A stretch of DNA of 64,000 nt, from NCBI GenBank assembly GCA_951406725.2, contig OX597819.1, positions 115,320,001 through 115,384,000 on the forward strand, in the 5' to 3' direction. The notes beneath the pieces were generated by a model. It worked only from the letters and a program-made list of their open reading frames with translations. It searched no databases and was not told the DNA's origin. The number at the start of each line of letters is the position of its first letter. Position 1 is the stretch's first letter. This document shows, one piece after another, positions 11,950-24,960 of this stretch. This stretch comes from Octopus vulgaris (Eukaryota). The translations under genes were made by a program, and so were the position numbers.

Positions 11950-12192
11950 AGCTAAACGATTGTTCCATCTTGGGGATGGGGTAAAGAAAATGATTGCTGC
12001 CAAACTGAAAAAAAAAATCGGTCATGGACAAATAAGCGGGGTCCAACAGGAATGAAAATAATATTATAAACGCAATTCAAAATGTATACACTTTTAACAC
12101 ATATTAAACATGATAAACATAAATAAAAGCGAGTTTTTAAAAATATGCATCCGATTTCTCTCAAATTAACAATAATTCTGGGACACCCTGTA
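11950..12192. mobile_element. Tc1-like DNA transposon end at the pseudogene truncation point
   Basis: Ends ...gggacaccctg|ta, a typical CAGGGTG terminus plus TA. Confidence 0.5.
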
Positions 12193-12997
12193 TTTACTCG
12201 TCCGACTAAACGGGGGAGGGAACACAGGAGGGATTAATTGCAGGTGACGAGCGTAGCTTTCGGGAGTGGTCACGCAGTCAAACTCAAATGGCTGTGAGTC
12301 ACAACAGCAGGGGTTTTTTTTCTGTATGAGAATTTTGCATTATATAGTTCAGACATGGATGACATAGAAAGCAGGTATACTGCCGGGCCATGCTGCGTTG
12401 CACAGGATTGGAAACGTGAAACATCAACAGAGCATTTCTGAAGAATGGATGAATGAGTTTGTTGTTATTATTATAAGATGGCGAGCTGGCAGAAACGTTA
12501 GCACGCCGGGCGAAATGCCTAGCGGTATTTCGTCTGCCGCTACGTTCTGAGTTCAAATTCCGCCGAGGTCAACTTTGCCTTTCATCCCTTCGGGATCGAT
12601 TAAATAAGTACCAGTTACGCACTGGGGTCGATATAATCGACTTAATCCGTTTGTCTGTCCCCTCTGTGTTTAGCCCCTTGTGGGTAGTAAAGAAATGGGT
12701 ATTTCATGTCTTTACGTTCCGAGTTCAAACTCCGTCGGAGTCGGCTTTGCCTTTCATCCTTTCGGGTCGATACATTAAGTACCAGTTGTGTACCGGGGTC
12801 GATCTAATCGACTGGTCCCCTCCCCAAAGATTTCGGGCCTTGTGCCTATTATTATTATTCATTTTGTTCATCATGCACAAGTACATGCGTATTCATCATT
12901 ATTTTACTCAATTTTAGAAAATTTGAAGCATGTTTTGACAATTCTGGAGCATACTGAACTTATTTTCTGCATGACTTTTGGCCCACAGTATATATAA

Positions 12998-13255
12998 TCA
13001 TCATCATCGTTTAACGTCCGTTTTCCATGCTGGCATGGGTTGGACAGTTTGACTGAGGTCTTGAAAGCCAGCGGTTGCACCAGGCTCCAATCTGATCTGG
13101 CAATGTTTCTATAGCAGAATGCCTTTCTTAAACCAACCACTCCGAGAGCGTAGTGGGTACCTTTTACGTGCCACGGGCACGGGAGCCAGTCAGGCGGGTC
13201 TGGCATCGATCATGTTCACATAGTGCTTTTTACATGCCACCAGCACGAGAGCCAA
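12998..13255 (-). mobile_element. (ATG)n-tailed SINE-like family C with internal ~60-bp repeats (other copies ~14367, 16645+, 17108, 18442, 19031, 42338, 42833, 44275, 47903, 52242, 62363, 62905+)
   Basis: Shared (cat)n-cgtttaacgtccg..ggatgcccttcctaacgccaacc and gtgccaccggcac repeats. Confidence 0.88.
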
Positions 13256-14569
13256 AATTTTTACAGAAGTAACAGGGTGGCTCAAAGACCTAGAGTTTTG
13301 TGCACAGGCACTTATCAAACTAGTTACTGGTTAAAAAAGTTGTTGGTTTATATAACTGATTAAAATTACAATTTTTCTGGAATGTCCTCAAGCAAATTTT
13401 TAGAACATTTGCTACACATGAATAATTCATATTTATGAAATAGTTTGCCGCTATGCTGTTTAATAAGCAAGTAAATAAACAAACAAAGGAAAATTTGCGC
13501 ACATCTTCATACACACACATATATATATATATATATGAGAGAATATATATAAATTAGAAATATATGGTGTTCTCTCCTGTCGTAATTGGCAGACGAGGTT
13601 TATGAAATGTCTTGCTGAACAAACTGCTCGTTTTTTTTCACTCTTTTACTTGTTTCAGCCATTTGACTGCGGCCATGCTGGAGCACCGCCTTTGGTCGTG
13701 CAAATCGACCCCAGGACTTATTCTTTGTAAGCCTAGTACTTACTCTATCGGTCTCTTTGCCGAACCGCTAAGTTACGGGGACGTAAACACACCACCATCG
13801 GTTGTCAAGCGATGTTGGAGGTGGGACAAACACAGACACACAAACATATACACACGCACATATATATATATATATATACATATATACGACGGGCTATGAC
13901 ATGCAGGATATCCAAACATCCCAGATTTTACACATGACCCCAAAAGAAAAGCTCAGGAAGCAGACTTTTTCCTGTCTTTTTTTTTTTTTCCATTTTATTT
14001 TAATTTCAAAAATAGGTTCTCATGAATATTTTCCAGTTTGTTTTTATGTGATTAATTCTTTTTTTTTTTGCTTTCTACAAATCTTTTATCTTTTAGAAAG
14101 TATAGGTAAAAGGGGAAAGGTTTAGTGTCAAAGGTCAAGGGTTACTAAGAAAGAAAGAGATGAAGTATTGATGAGATCGGTTGTGTAGGGGTAAGCAGTA
14201 CTATCCCGCTTTATATGGGCAATGTGTGGGGAAGGGAACAAGAAAGAAAGATATGAAGATGGTAAGAATCTGAAGAGGGACATAGAAGGAAAGAGGGGTC
14301 TTTAGGTCAACCAGAGGTGTATGAATATAAACATACATATATACATATATATATATATGCACATGTATCATCATTTAACATCCATTTTCCATGTTGGCAT
14401 GGGTTGGGCAGTTTGACAGGGGCTGGATAGGTAGAAGACTGCACTAGGTTTTAGTGTCTTTTTTGGCATGGCTTTTACAGCTGGATGCCAATTCTAACAC
14501 TAACCGTACTGCAGAGTCGACTAGGTGCTTTTGACATGGCACCAGCACAGGCGAGGTCAGTTTTGAGTA

Positions 14570-15514
14570 CTATTTTCTCATGTGTGAATGTGCTTGTGTA
14601 TTTTTAAGTGAATCCTTTTTAGAAAAAGCTTTCCCAGAAACTTTGCGAGGGTAGCGCTTTTCTCCAAAATGGATATTATTTCTGTGAGCCAATAAGTAGC
14701 TCGTAAGAGAAAATTTTAGCCCACAAATATCACAGTGGTATGGTTTTTCACCACTATGATTATATTTATGAGATGAAAGGCTACGGTTAGTACAAAATGC
14801 TCTGCCACAAATTTCACACTGGTATTTCCTTTCACCAGTATGAACACGTTTATGGCCAGCCAAGTTACTGTAATCTGAAAATGCTGTCCCACAGATTTCA
14901 CAAATATAAGGTTTTAATCCAGTGTGGAGAATTTGATGTCTTCTTAAGCTAAATCTTCTTGAAAATGCTTTTCCACAAACATCACAAGTGTATGGTTTTT
15001 CCCCTGTGTGTATTCGTTTATGTTTTTCTAAGCATGTCATTCTAGTAAAAGTGTGCCCACAAACTTCACAATGGTAGGGCCTTTCTCCTGTATGATGGTA
15101 GCTATGATATTTTAACGATGCTCGTGCAGCAAAACCTTTATCACAAACAGTGCACTTGTAAGGCTTTTCTCCAATATGAACGGTACGTACATGATTTGAT
15201 AAAGTTCCTTTTTGAGAAAATGATTTTCCACAAATTTCACAGTCGTAAGGTCTTAGTGTTGCATGAATTGCACGTTTATGAGATAAGTTGGAATTTTTAG
15301 AAAATGATTTCCCCCAAATTTCACAGTGCTTACGTTTGTCTCCTACATGGAAAGCACATTTATGTGATGATAATTCAGTACTCAGAGTAAATGCTTCTCC
15401 ACAATCCTCACATCGGTAAGGTCTTTCTCTTGAGTGAATGAGCTTATGAGCATTCAATGCTTGACTGGTAGAAAGAAACTTATTACAAAATTCACAGTAG
15501 TATATTTCCTCCAT
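14570..15514 (-). CDS. C2H2 zinc-finger protein, 314 aa, 9 intact + 2 degenerate fingers
   Basis: CxxC-x12-HxxxH repeats with TGEKPY-type linkers. First ATG at 15514. Acceptor for this exon at ~15936 (ttcatttcag on -). Confidence 0.92.
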   Translation of the reverse strand: MEEIYYCEFCNKFLSTSQALNAHKLIHSRERPYRCEDCGEAFTLSTELSSHKCAFHVGDKRKHCEIWGKSFSKNSNLSHKRAIHATLRPYDCEICGKSFSQKGTLSNHVRTVHIGEKPYKCTVCDKGFAARASLKYHSYHHTGERPYHCEVCGHTFTRMTCLEKHKRIHTGEKPYTCDVCGKAFSRRFSLRRHQILHTGLKPYICEICGTAFSDYSNLAGHKRVHTGERKYQCEICGRAFCTNRSLSSHKYNHSGEKPYHCDICGLKFSLTSYLLAHRNNIHFGEKRYPRKVSGKAFSKKDSLKNTQAHSHMRK

Positions 15515-16503
15515 CTTAACACATTCACATGCAGACAAATTACTCTTTTGAAAAAACTGTTTTCACATAAACTTCACACCAGAAAAGTGTTTCAGGTATT
15601 TAAATCATCTTAAATATACCAATTTTTCAAAATATTGATGAATTATGAAAACATTTACAAATACAAAAGAAATTTCAATAAAAATACAAATGTTCCAAGT
15701 TTCACACTGAACTATATCTTCTCAATCTAAATCTCTTGGTGCTTACTTCAGATCATTCACCTGTGATATGTTGTATCAGTTTAAATTGAAAATTTGGTCA
15801 CAGCTATCTTACTATTCATATTTTAAATCTAAAAACAAAAAAAAAAAGGCTGATAAATGTAACAAAGTTTGTTTCAACTAAGTCTGTTGAATCACAATCC
15901 TTCAGGTAGAAAACTTTCCAGCATAAAGGGAATACCTGAAATGAAAGAAAACAAACATTAATCTATGACCAACAATAAACTCTAATAGTGATAATTTTAC
16001 TCTTGTAAGTGGGAAGTCATGTGTGAGATCAGATATGAATGTGTGACAAGAAAAAACTCATAGTGGATGAAAATTAGCTTTGTACTAACACTGGCAGTTC
16101 TTATGGCAGAAAAAAAATGATGATGAATTGAAGGAAAGAGAACCATACAGATGAGATGACATATGATCATTCTCAGTGACAACATGTTGTATTATAGTCC
16201 TATTTAAGCCATGATTGCAAGGAAACCTGAGAATAATGATGAGACAATAGTGCCTGTTCTTTCCTTCTTGGTCTGGCCGTTGTCCGTGCAACATCGATAT
16301 TCCAACCTGTGTTTGTGAAAACTTGTGTCCCTGCCATAAGGCTTCATTTCCACACATGCCAGCTTAATTCAATTCGTCCTTAGTCGAAAGACACCTGTTG
16401 TTATGTCCTGTTATTATTATTTTTATTGTTTTTGTGTAACATTGTCCATTTTTTTCGCCCTTGTTTTTGTATACATTTGCTGCTTTCTTCTGAAAACATA
16501 TGT

Positions 16504-16552
<49 letters not shown>

Positions 16553-17479
16553 TATATACACATACGTATATATACACATACATATATATACATACAATAT
16601 ATATAGATATGTATACATATATATAGACATACATATATACATATAAAGCACCATCTGAACGTGGCCGATGCCAGCGCTGCCTCGACTGGCTCCAGTGCTG
16701 GTGGCACATAAAAAGCACCATCCGAACGTGGCCGTTGCCAGCGCCACCTTGGCTGGCTTCCGTGCCGGTGGCACATTAAAAGCTCCAACCGATCGTGGCC
16801 GATGCCGGAACCCCTGGCACCTGTGCAGGTGGCACGTAAAAAGCACCCACTACACACGCGGAGTGGTTGCCGTTAGGAAGGGCATCCAGCTGTAGAAACT
16901 CTGCCAGATCAGACTGGAGCCTGGTGCAGCCCTGGCTTCCCAGACCCCGGTCGAACCGTCCAACCTGTGCTAGCGCGGAAAACGGACGTTAAACGATGAT
17001 GATGATATATATATATATATATATACATCCATACAAACATAGACACATACATATATATATACACATACAAATAAATATAGACACATAAATACATATACAT
17101 ACATATACATCATCATCATCATTTAACGTCTGTTTTCCATGCTAGCATGGGTTGGACGGTTTGACCAGGGTCTGGGAAGCCAGGAGGCTGCGCCAGGCTC
17201 CAGTCTAATCTGGCAGTGTTTCTACAGCTGGATGCCCTTCCTAACATCAGCCACTCCATGATTGTAGTGGGTGCTTTTTATGTAAAATTGGCACAGGGGC
17301 CAGATTGGGCTGGCAAACAGCCATGATCGGTCACTGACACGGATGCCAATCAGGCGGCGCTGGCATCGGCCACATTCGGATGGTGCTTTTTACATGCCAC
17401 CGGCATGGGTATTACAGCTACAATTTCTATTTGATTTTTATTTTGATGTTGATGTTGATGTTGAAGTCCTTGACTCAAT

Positions 17480-17720
17480 AGGTCTCCTTAAGTACAATGG
17501 GTCACCATACGATCCAAGGTTAGCACAGCAGGCCGTCCTGCGAGCCATGAACTCACTTCATTTGTCAGGTCTTCACAGTCACAGCATATCTCAGAGGTCT
17601 CGATCTTTCGTCATTGCCTCTGTGAGGCCCAACGTTCGAAGGTTAGGCTTGACCACCTCATCCGATGTTTTCCTGGGTCTAACTCTACTCCAGATTCCTT
17701 CAACAGTCCAGGAGTGGCAC
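17480..17720 (-). mobile_element. RTE LINE 3' fragment
   Basis: VEG..SR.RPRKT.DEVV..LRTLGLTEAMTKDRDL motif. Confidence 0.75.
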
Positions 17721-18170
17721 ATAAATATGTACATACATATATATATATAAACATACATAAATATGTATATACGTATATATGTAAACATACATAAATATGT
17801 ACATACGTGTATATATATATAAACATACATATGTATATACATATATAAACATACATACGTATGTATACATAGATATATATACATACATATATACATACAT
17901 GCATATATACATACATATATATATATACATACATATATACATTCATACACACATATGCATTGATATATACATATATACACAAACATATATATACATATAT
18001 ATATATATATACATACATATATAGATAATATATGCATACATATATATACATACTTATATTCATACATATATACATATTTATTTACATATATTCATTTACA
18101 TATATATATATTTATATATAGACATATATATATATACATATAGATACATATATATAAATATATATAAGCT
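17721..18170. repeat. Compound (TA/CATA)n microsatellite
   Basis: Direct reading. Confidence 0.95.
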
Positions 18171-19362
18171 TAAGTGAAGACAGCATGTTCTTTGTCTATC
18201 TCCTTACCTTCTTGGAGATTTTAGGTAAAATTATACTAATGTGTCCATCTGTTTATTTTAATCAAATACTATGTCTTTATGCAGCTGAGGATTGCTCTTT
18301 GTTTAAATTGCTGTAATGATTGCATTGTTCAATTAAATGGAGTTGCTTGAAACGATCATAGTGCATTACCTCTGCATATCTTTGTTGCTTATTTTAATTT
18401 TAATCACATACACACACACACACACATATACATACACGTATATCATCATCATCATCATCATCATCATTTAGCGTCCGTTTTCCATGCTAGCATGGGTTGG
18501 ACGGTTCAACTGGGGTCTGGGGAGCCCGAAGGCTGCACCAGGCCAGTCAGATCTGGCAGTGTTTCTACAGCTGGATGCCCTTCCTAACGCCAACCACTCC
18601 GAGAGTGTAGTGGGTGATTTTATGTGCCACCGACACAGGTGCCAGACGAGGCTGGTGAACGGCCATGCTCGGATGGTGTTTTTTATGTGCCACCAACACA
18701 GGTGCCAGACGAGGCTGGCAGACGGCCACGCTCGGATGGTGTTTTTATGTGCCACCGACACAGGTGCTAGATGAGGCTGGCGAACGGCCACGATCGGATG
18801 GTGTTTGTTACGTACCCACAGCACGGAGGCCAGTCGATGCGGTACTGGCTACGGCCACGTTCGGATGGTTTTCTTGTGTGCCACCGGCACTGGTACCACA
18901 AAGATACAAATTCCATTGATGTTCATCTATTTTGATTTGTTTTGATTTGATTTGATTTTCACTTGCCTCAACAGGTCTTCACAAGTGTCACAAGAAGGAA
19001 GGAAGGTATGCACGGCCACGCTCGGATGGTATCATCATCATCATCATCATCGTTTAACGTCCGCTTTCCATGCTAGCATGGGTTGGACGGTTCAACTGGG
19101 GTCTGGGAAGCCCGAAGGCTGCACCAGGCCAGTCAGATCTGGCAGTGTTTCTACAGCTGGATGCCCTTCCTAACGCCAACCACTCCGAGAGTGTAGTGGG
19201 TAATTTTATGTGCCACCGACACAGGTGCCAGATGAGGCTGGCAGACGGCCACGCTCGGATGGTGTTTTTTATGTGCCACCGACACAGGTGCCAGACGAGG
19301 CTGGCAGACGGCCACGCTCGGATGGTGTTTTCTTATGTGTCACCGACACAGGTGCCAGACGA

Positions 19363-19403
<41 letters not shown>

Positions 19404-19408
<5 letters not shown>

Positions 19409-19643
19409 CATAAGAGGAATCAGCCATCTGAATGTGACTAGGGTCAGGGCGGGGTGGTGGGGGTGTTACTGATGCATTTAGCCCCAGGCGAACATCGACG
19501 TCACCAGAAGAGCTGACACCCGAGATGGTGTCAGCTCTTCTGGTGACGTCGATGTTTGCCTGGGGCTAAATGCATCAGTAACACCCCCACCACCCTGCCC
19601 TGTACCTAGCCACATTCAGATGGCTGATCCCTCTTATGTTATA
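19404..19643. repeat. Near-perfect 240-bp palindrome (fold-back element)
   Basis: Arms of ~117 bp, loop cgagat at 19521-19526. Confidence 0.9.
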
Positions 19644-19726
19644 GAGCAGTTACTGTTTATATCTCGCCCAGAGATTTATTATTGTTTATATATATATATA
19701 TATATATATTAGACGATGATGATGAT

Positions 19727-20130
19727 ATACTCTTTACTCTTACTCTTTTACTTGTTTCAGTCATTTGACTGCAGCCATGCTGGAGCACCGCCTTTAGTTG
19801 AGCAAATCGACTCCGGGACTTATTCTTTGTAAGCCCAGTACTTATTCTATCGGTCTCTTTTGCCGAACCGCTAAGTGACGGGGACGTAAACACACCAGCA
19901 TCGGTTGTCAAGCAATGCTTGGGGGACAAACACAGACACACACATATATATATATATACATATATACAACAGGCTTCTTTCAGTTTCCGTCTACCAAATC
20001 CACTCACAAGGCTTTGGTCGGCCCAAGGCTATAGTAGAAGACACTTGCCCAAGGTGCCACGCAGTGGGACTGAACCCAGAACCATGTGGTTGGTAAACAA
20101 GCTACTTACCACACAGCCATTCCTACGCCT
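19727..20130 (-). mobile_element. tRNA-derived SINE family A (other copies ~13638-, 25897+, 32026+, 39150+, 40465-, 41066-, 48893+, 53852+, 54398+, 56925-, 63558+)
   Basis: Head GGCGCAGGAGTGGCTGTGTGG..GGTTCAGTCCC, internal (TG/TA)n, 3' GACTGAAACAAGTAAAAGAG tail. Confidence 0.9.
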
Positions 20131-23100
20131 CAAACGGGCCGATAGAATAAAATTCTTCAATGCGGTGCCCCAGCATGGCTACAGTCTAATGACTGAAACA
20201 ATTAAAATAAAAAATATCTCTGTCCTTTATTTTTCACCGGACGTTTTTTATAGAGGCTACAGCATCATACACCTGTGCTATGCATTTGGAAGCCTCCTAT
20301 TGCCGACCGCCGCTTAATTTTAGTCTCTTCGAACCCCAAACGAAAGTTCCTCATATATTTCAGTTTGCAAAAGCCACGAGCGATAATTTTATCATTGATA
20401 GCTATTATTTACTTTATGGAGAAGGCAAAGCGTGAAGAAACTCGCTGTCCCACATTGTTTCATAGTTTGCTTTAAATTGCTCTCTATGTCATTGGCCATT
20501 GTGGGCCATTAAAAGAGATAATAATAATAATTATTATATTACAATCATCAAAGGCGGCGAACTGGCAGAAACGTTAGCACGCCGGGCGGAATGTTTAGCG
20601 GTATTCCGGCTGTCTTTGTGTTCTGAGTTCGAATTCCGCCGAGGTCGATTTTGCTTTTCATCCTTTCGGGGTCGATTAAATAAGTACCAGTTACGCACTG
20701 GGGTCGATATAATCGACTTAATCTGTTTGTCTGTCCTCTGTGTGTAGCCCCTTGTGGGCAGTAAAGAAATAAGAATCGTTAGTACTATGGACGAAATGCT
20801 TAGCGGTATTTCGCCCGTCGCTACTTTCTGAGTTCAAATTCCGCCGAGGTCGATTTTACCATTCATTCCCAAAGGGTCGATAAAATAGGGACCAGTTGAA
20901 CACTGGGGTCGATGTAATCGACTCATCCCCTTCCCCCAAAATTGCTGACTTGTGGCAAAACTTAAAATCTTTATTTTTACCTAGTAATAGTGGTTAAATA
21001 ATTTTTCAAAACTAGAGTCGGACGAGAAATGTAGAAATTTCTTTTTAATAAGGCTTTATTTAATAAAAAGGCCTGTTATCTAGAAAAAAGTTGTTTATAA
21101 ATACAATTTGCAGTTAAATAAATGCTGTCTATTTACTCAATTCAAAAGACACTAATTAGAAATATTACAAAACTTATCGAAAGTGTAATTCATGTCCCAT
21201 ATATTCATTCAATTCACCTGTTAGTTGTTAACACTCCACAGATTATTCTTTTCGAGCAAACAATTAAGTGCTTTTTGTTTTGCTTCTTTTTTTTTTTTAT
21301 TTCCATTAAACCCAATATAAAAGAAAATTTTAAAGATTATCGATCGATTTTAGTATTAAGGAAAAGTTAATTGATTTTTGTAACTCTCGTCATTTCTCTA
21401 CTAACCTACGAAAGCTAACTATTGCCTGAACTCTTTGATCATCTTTGTTTTTGTTTTAATTTTAAACAGAATGAAACATCCAGACCAACGTAAATACATC
21501 ATTATTACATGTAAAGGAGATTATAAGATAAACTATTAACTTACCAGCCCTGGGTTGTTATTCTCTTTACAAACCTGACGAAACAAATCTGAAGCGAAAT
21601 AATAGTAAAAAAAAAACTGAAATGTAAACAACGAAATACGCTACTACAAGAACTACTTGAAATTTTTGTTTTAGTCTGCATATAGAAGAAAACAAACGAA
21701 TAAATGAAAAACAAAAAACACGATCTGTGACCATATAGTCAATATATCGTTTTGTGTATATGTGATATATATATTTAATATAATGTGCAACACGTTTAAT
21801 AATATTTTCACTTCTTACATTTAATAAAAATGAATTTTATATATCTCTGAAGATATTTAGTACGTACATCCAGTACAGATGAAAAGATTATTTAAGTATT
21901 AAATTTAGTATGGTGACATTTATTTTTACTTCCGTAGCAATGTTGCTTTCGTTTCAATTAACCATTTTTACAGGAAACATTTGTAGCGGAAGCATGATTG
22001 CTCTTACCTTTTAGCTGCCCACATTGTGCCTTTTTACTTTTAACTATCTATTTTCGTTCACTGCGTGATGGTTAGGTCCCTTTAACTTTATCCGGATCGT
22101 CCACCCCTTAGCATGATGAACTATCCTAGCGTGACATTTTTATATAAAATATACGGGAATTCTGATAGAAGCATACCATATTTATTTCTTTATTGCTCAC
22201 AGGGGGCTAAACAAGGACAGACAAATGAATTAAGTCAATTACACCGACCTCAGTGCGTAACTGGTACTTATTTAATCGACCTCGAAAGGATGAAAGGCTA
22301 GGTCGACATCGGCGGAATTTGAACTCAGAACGTAACGGCAGACGAAATACTGCTAAGCATTTCGCCCGGCGGACTAACGATTTTGCCAGCTCGCCACCCT
22401 AGAAGCACACCATATTACCAACTGTAACTTTATTTTCATATGTTTTGATGATATAAGATCTTTTCCCGTTAATTTCTCGATCTGCCGTTCAAAGGGTAAA
22501 GATCCACGATATAAATTTCAATTACATTGAAAAAAAATTATGGAGATTCTTCCACCCTTTCTCATCTGAAATGTGTTAAGTAAACGTATTTTTGATAAAA
22601 TGAAAGCTATTAAATTTTTTCACAAAATATCCTTGTAAAGTAGGGGCACGTCTTATATGCAAGCAAATACGGTAAGTATCCGTGTATTGACACAAGTCCA
22701 GTAAATTTCACCGTTTCTCTTTCGGTTTTACATTTTACGTCTGAAAATAGAGAGCAACTTAACGCACGCACACACACACACCTTCTCTCTCTTTCTCTCC
22801 TCAGCACTGAACACGGTAAAAATTCCAGATCAACACTCATATACTACTCAAAGTATATGTTCTGAAGGTGTCAGACAAATGTAAAAGCCACCATCTACAA
22901 CAGTGTGTTGTGACACATGTGAGTAATTAAACAATTAAGAACCGAGAGTGGCCTCCCTTTAGGATCAGACGTTTATACTGTTAAAGATTTATATTTGCTT
23001 GATATAGCAGTAATTTCTTTCTGCGATCAACTTCCAACCCTATTTATTTGAAAGCAGCACATGAGTTATGAGATAGAGATCACGACAGATTGAGCTGAAC

Positions 23101-23982
23101 TCGGTTTTCTGTTTCCAGCTTCAGTAGACAGTTGATACAGAGAGTAATGTGAAAACGAGCTGAGATCCATCAACCTGGACAAACAGGTTTCGTGACAAAG
23201 AAGGTGGCTGTATATAGCGGTAACTGCCATCGAAATAGGTCCAATACAGCAGTAATTTCGACAGCATCAAATTCCAAATGAAATAATCATCTCACATTTA
23301 TGTTTACACACACTGTTGAGCGTATACTTCAATCGGTACTATTGATTCAATTCTAATCTTTGTAAACGACCGTATAAATAAACATCATATATAAGTCCCT
23401 CGTTACTCACATTCTGATACCATATATACTCCAATTGCATTTCGTTCGCACACACACGACAGGCTTCCGTATAGTTCCTTTCTCATAAATTTACTCAAAA
23501 GGCATTAGTTAAACCGACAAGAAGACGCATGCCAAAAGGTAACTCACAAAAAATGGAAACTGTATTGTTGCCAAACGAACTTCCTAACCAAACATCCACA
23601 TCTCCAAGGCTACTGCTTACTTATAAAGTTAGCATATTGATGCGCTATAGATTAAATTTGCCTTACCTGTATTATTCCACTAAGCTCCAAGCAGAAACCT
23701 ATGACGGATCGAATTTGTCTTATGTACAAAAATAAAGTTTGGGTTGTAATTGAGGCAAGCATGATTGTACGGTTCAAAAGTTCGCTTTCCAGCCACATGG
23801 GTTTTATAATCAGTCCTACAACACAATATTCTCGGTAAATGTTCGCTACCATAGCATAGGTTTGACTAATACAAAGCAACTTCAACCGAGAAGGGGAAAA
23901 CTTCTTTATCTCAAGATTCAATTGATATTTCACAGAGCTGGATTTTCAAGTTAGAGGGACGATCCAACCGACTGGCTTTAAA

Positions 23983-24655
23983 TAATAATAATAATAAAAC
24001 ATTGTGTACAGTGCTCAGGTGCACTACAACTCATCTAAAGTGTATGTATAGTACATAGGGTAATGTACAAGCGTCAGGAAAAGAACAGTGCATGAGTCAT
24101 GACATACACATACGTGTATGAGTATGGAAGGGGGACAATCAGGTGTAGTTTCGGCGGATTTCGGGAAGCATGAGGGCCTTAAAGGATGCAGTGTCATGGC
24201 AGTCAACAACTGACGCAAGCAGTTTATTCCACGCTTCAGCAACCCTGAGCGTGAAAAAATGTTTCCGAAAGTCATGGGAGCTGTGCTGTTTTCTGACTTT
24301 GTAGGCATGTCCACGTGTGTTGGACACATGGAGATCAAAAAGGTGTTCAGTGTTGTTGTTGGTGAGGTGGTTGATAACTTTGTGGGTGTTTACCAAGTCC
24401 ATCGCCAGACGCCGGAGCTTCAGTGAATCCATGCCCAGGGAAACAAGGCGCTCAGAATATGGTAGGTGTCTGATGGAGGGTATGCGTTTGGTTGCACGTC
24501 TCTGAACAGATTCCAGGAGGTCAATGTTCTGAGCAAGATAGGGGTTCCAAACTGATGATGCGAATTCCAAGTGTGGTCGTACCATAGCTGTATACAGCTT
24601 TAAATAGATGGCTGGAGAGCGGCTAACAAAGGTCTTGCTGAGTGATGCCAAGACA
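23983..24655 (-). mobile_element. CR1-type LINE 3' fragment (same family as 101-1266)
   Basis: ORF 24139-24651 is nearly identical to 597-1109, (TTA)n tail. Confidence 0.92.
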
Positions 24656-24754
24656 TTAAGTATAGGTATATTAATAGATCCGATTTACACAAAATAAAGT
24701 CGACAGAAAATTAAAGGGGAAGAAGAAAGGAGTCATAAGTCCACCTTGGAACTT

Positions 24755-24960
24755 CTCTGCATTATGATCTGAAATGTAATATCTTCACCACAGTTGATTG
24801 CTTCAACTTATCCTTATACTTCAAGATAGGTCCTCCTTTACCGTGGTATCCTTCCACCCGTTTGTCATACAAAAGAATTTTTGGAATGCGGTCATCTTTC
24901 ATTCCAACAGCATGTCCTACCCGTCTGCAATGAATTCCTACTAGCATGCTTTGGGTACTG
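24755..24960 (-). mobile_element. RTE LINE 3' fragment
   Basis: GH..GM.DDRIPKILLY....G...KGGP.LKYKD.LK motif. Confidence 0.75.

Noticed and set aside
15515-15538. ORF-track start of the zinc-finger protein at 15538
   Set aside because: It is a TTG called by a prokaryote-style finder. The first ATG is at 15514.
18468-19413. Recurrent ORFs such as DLAVFLQLDALPNANHSESVVG
   Set aside because: They come from the high-copy family C repeat and are frameshifted differently in each copy.
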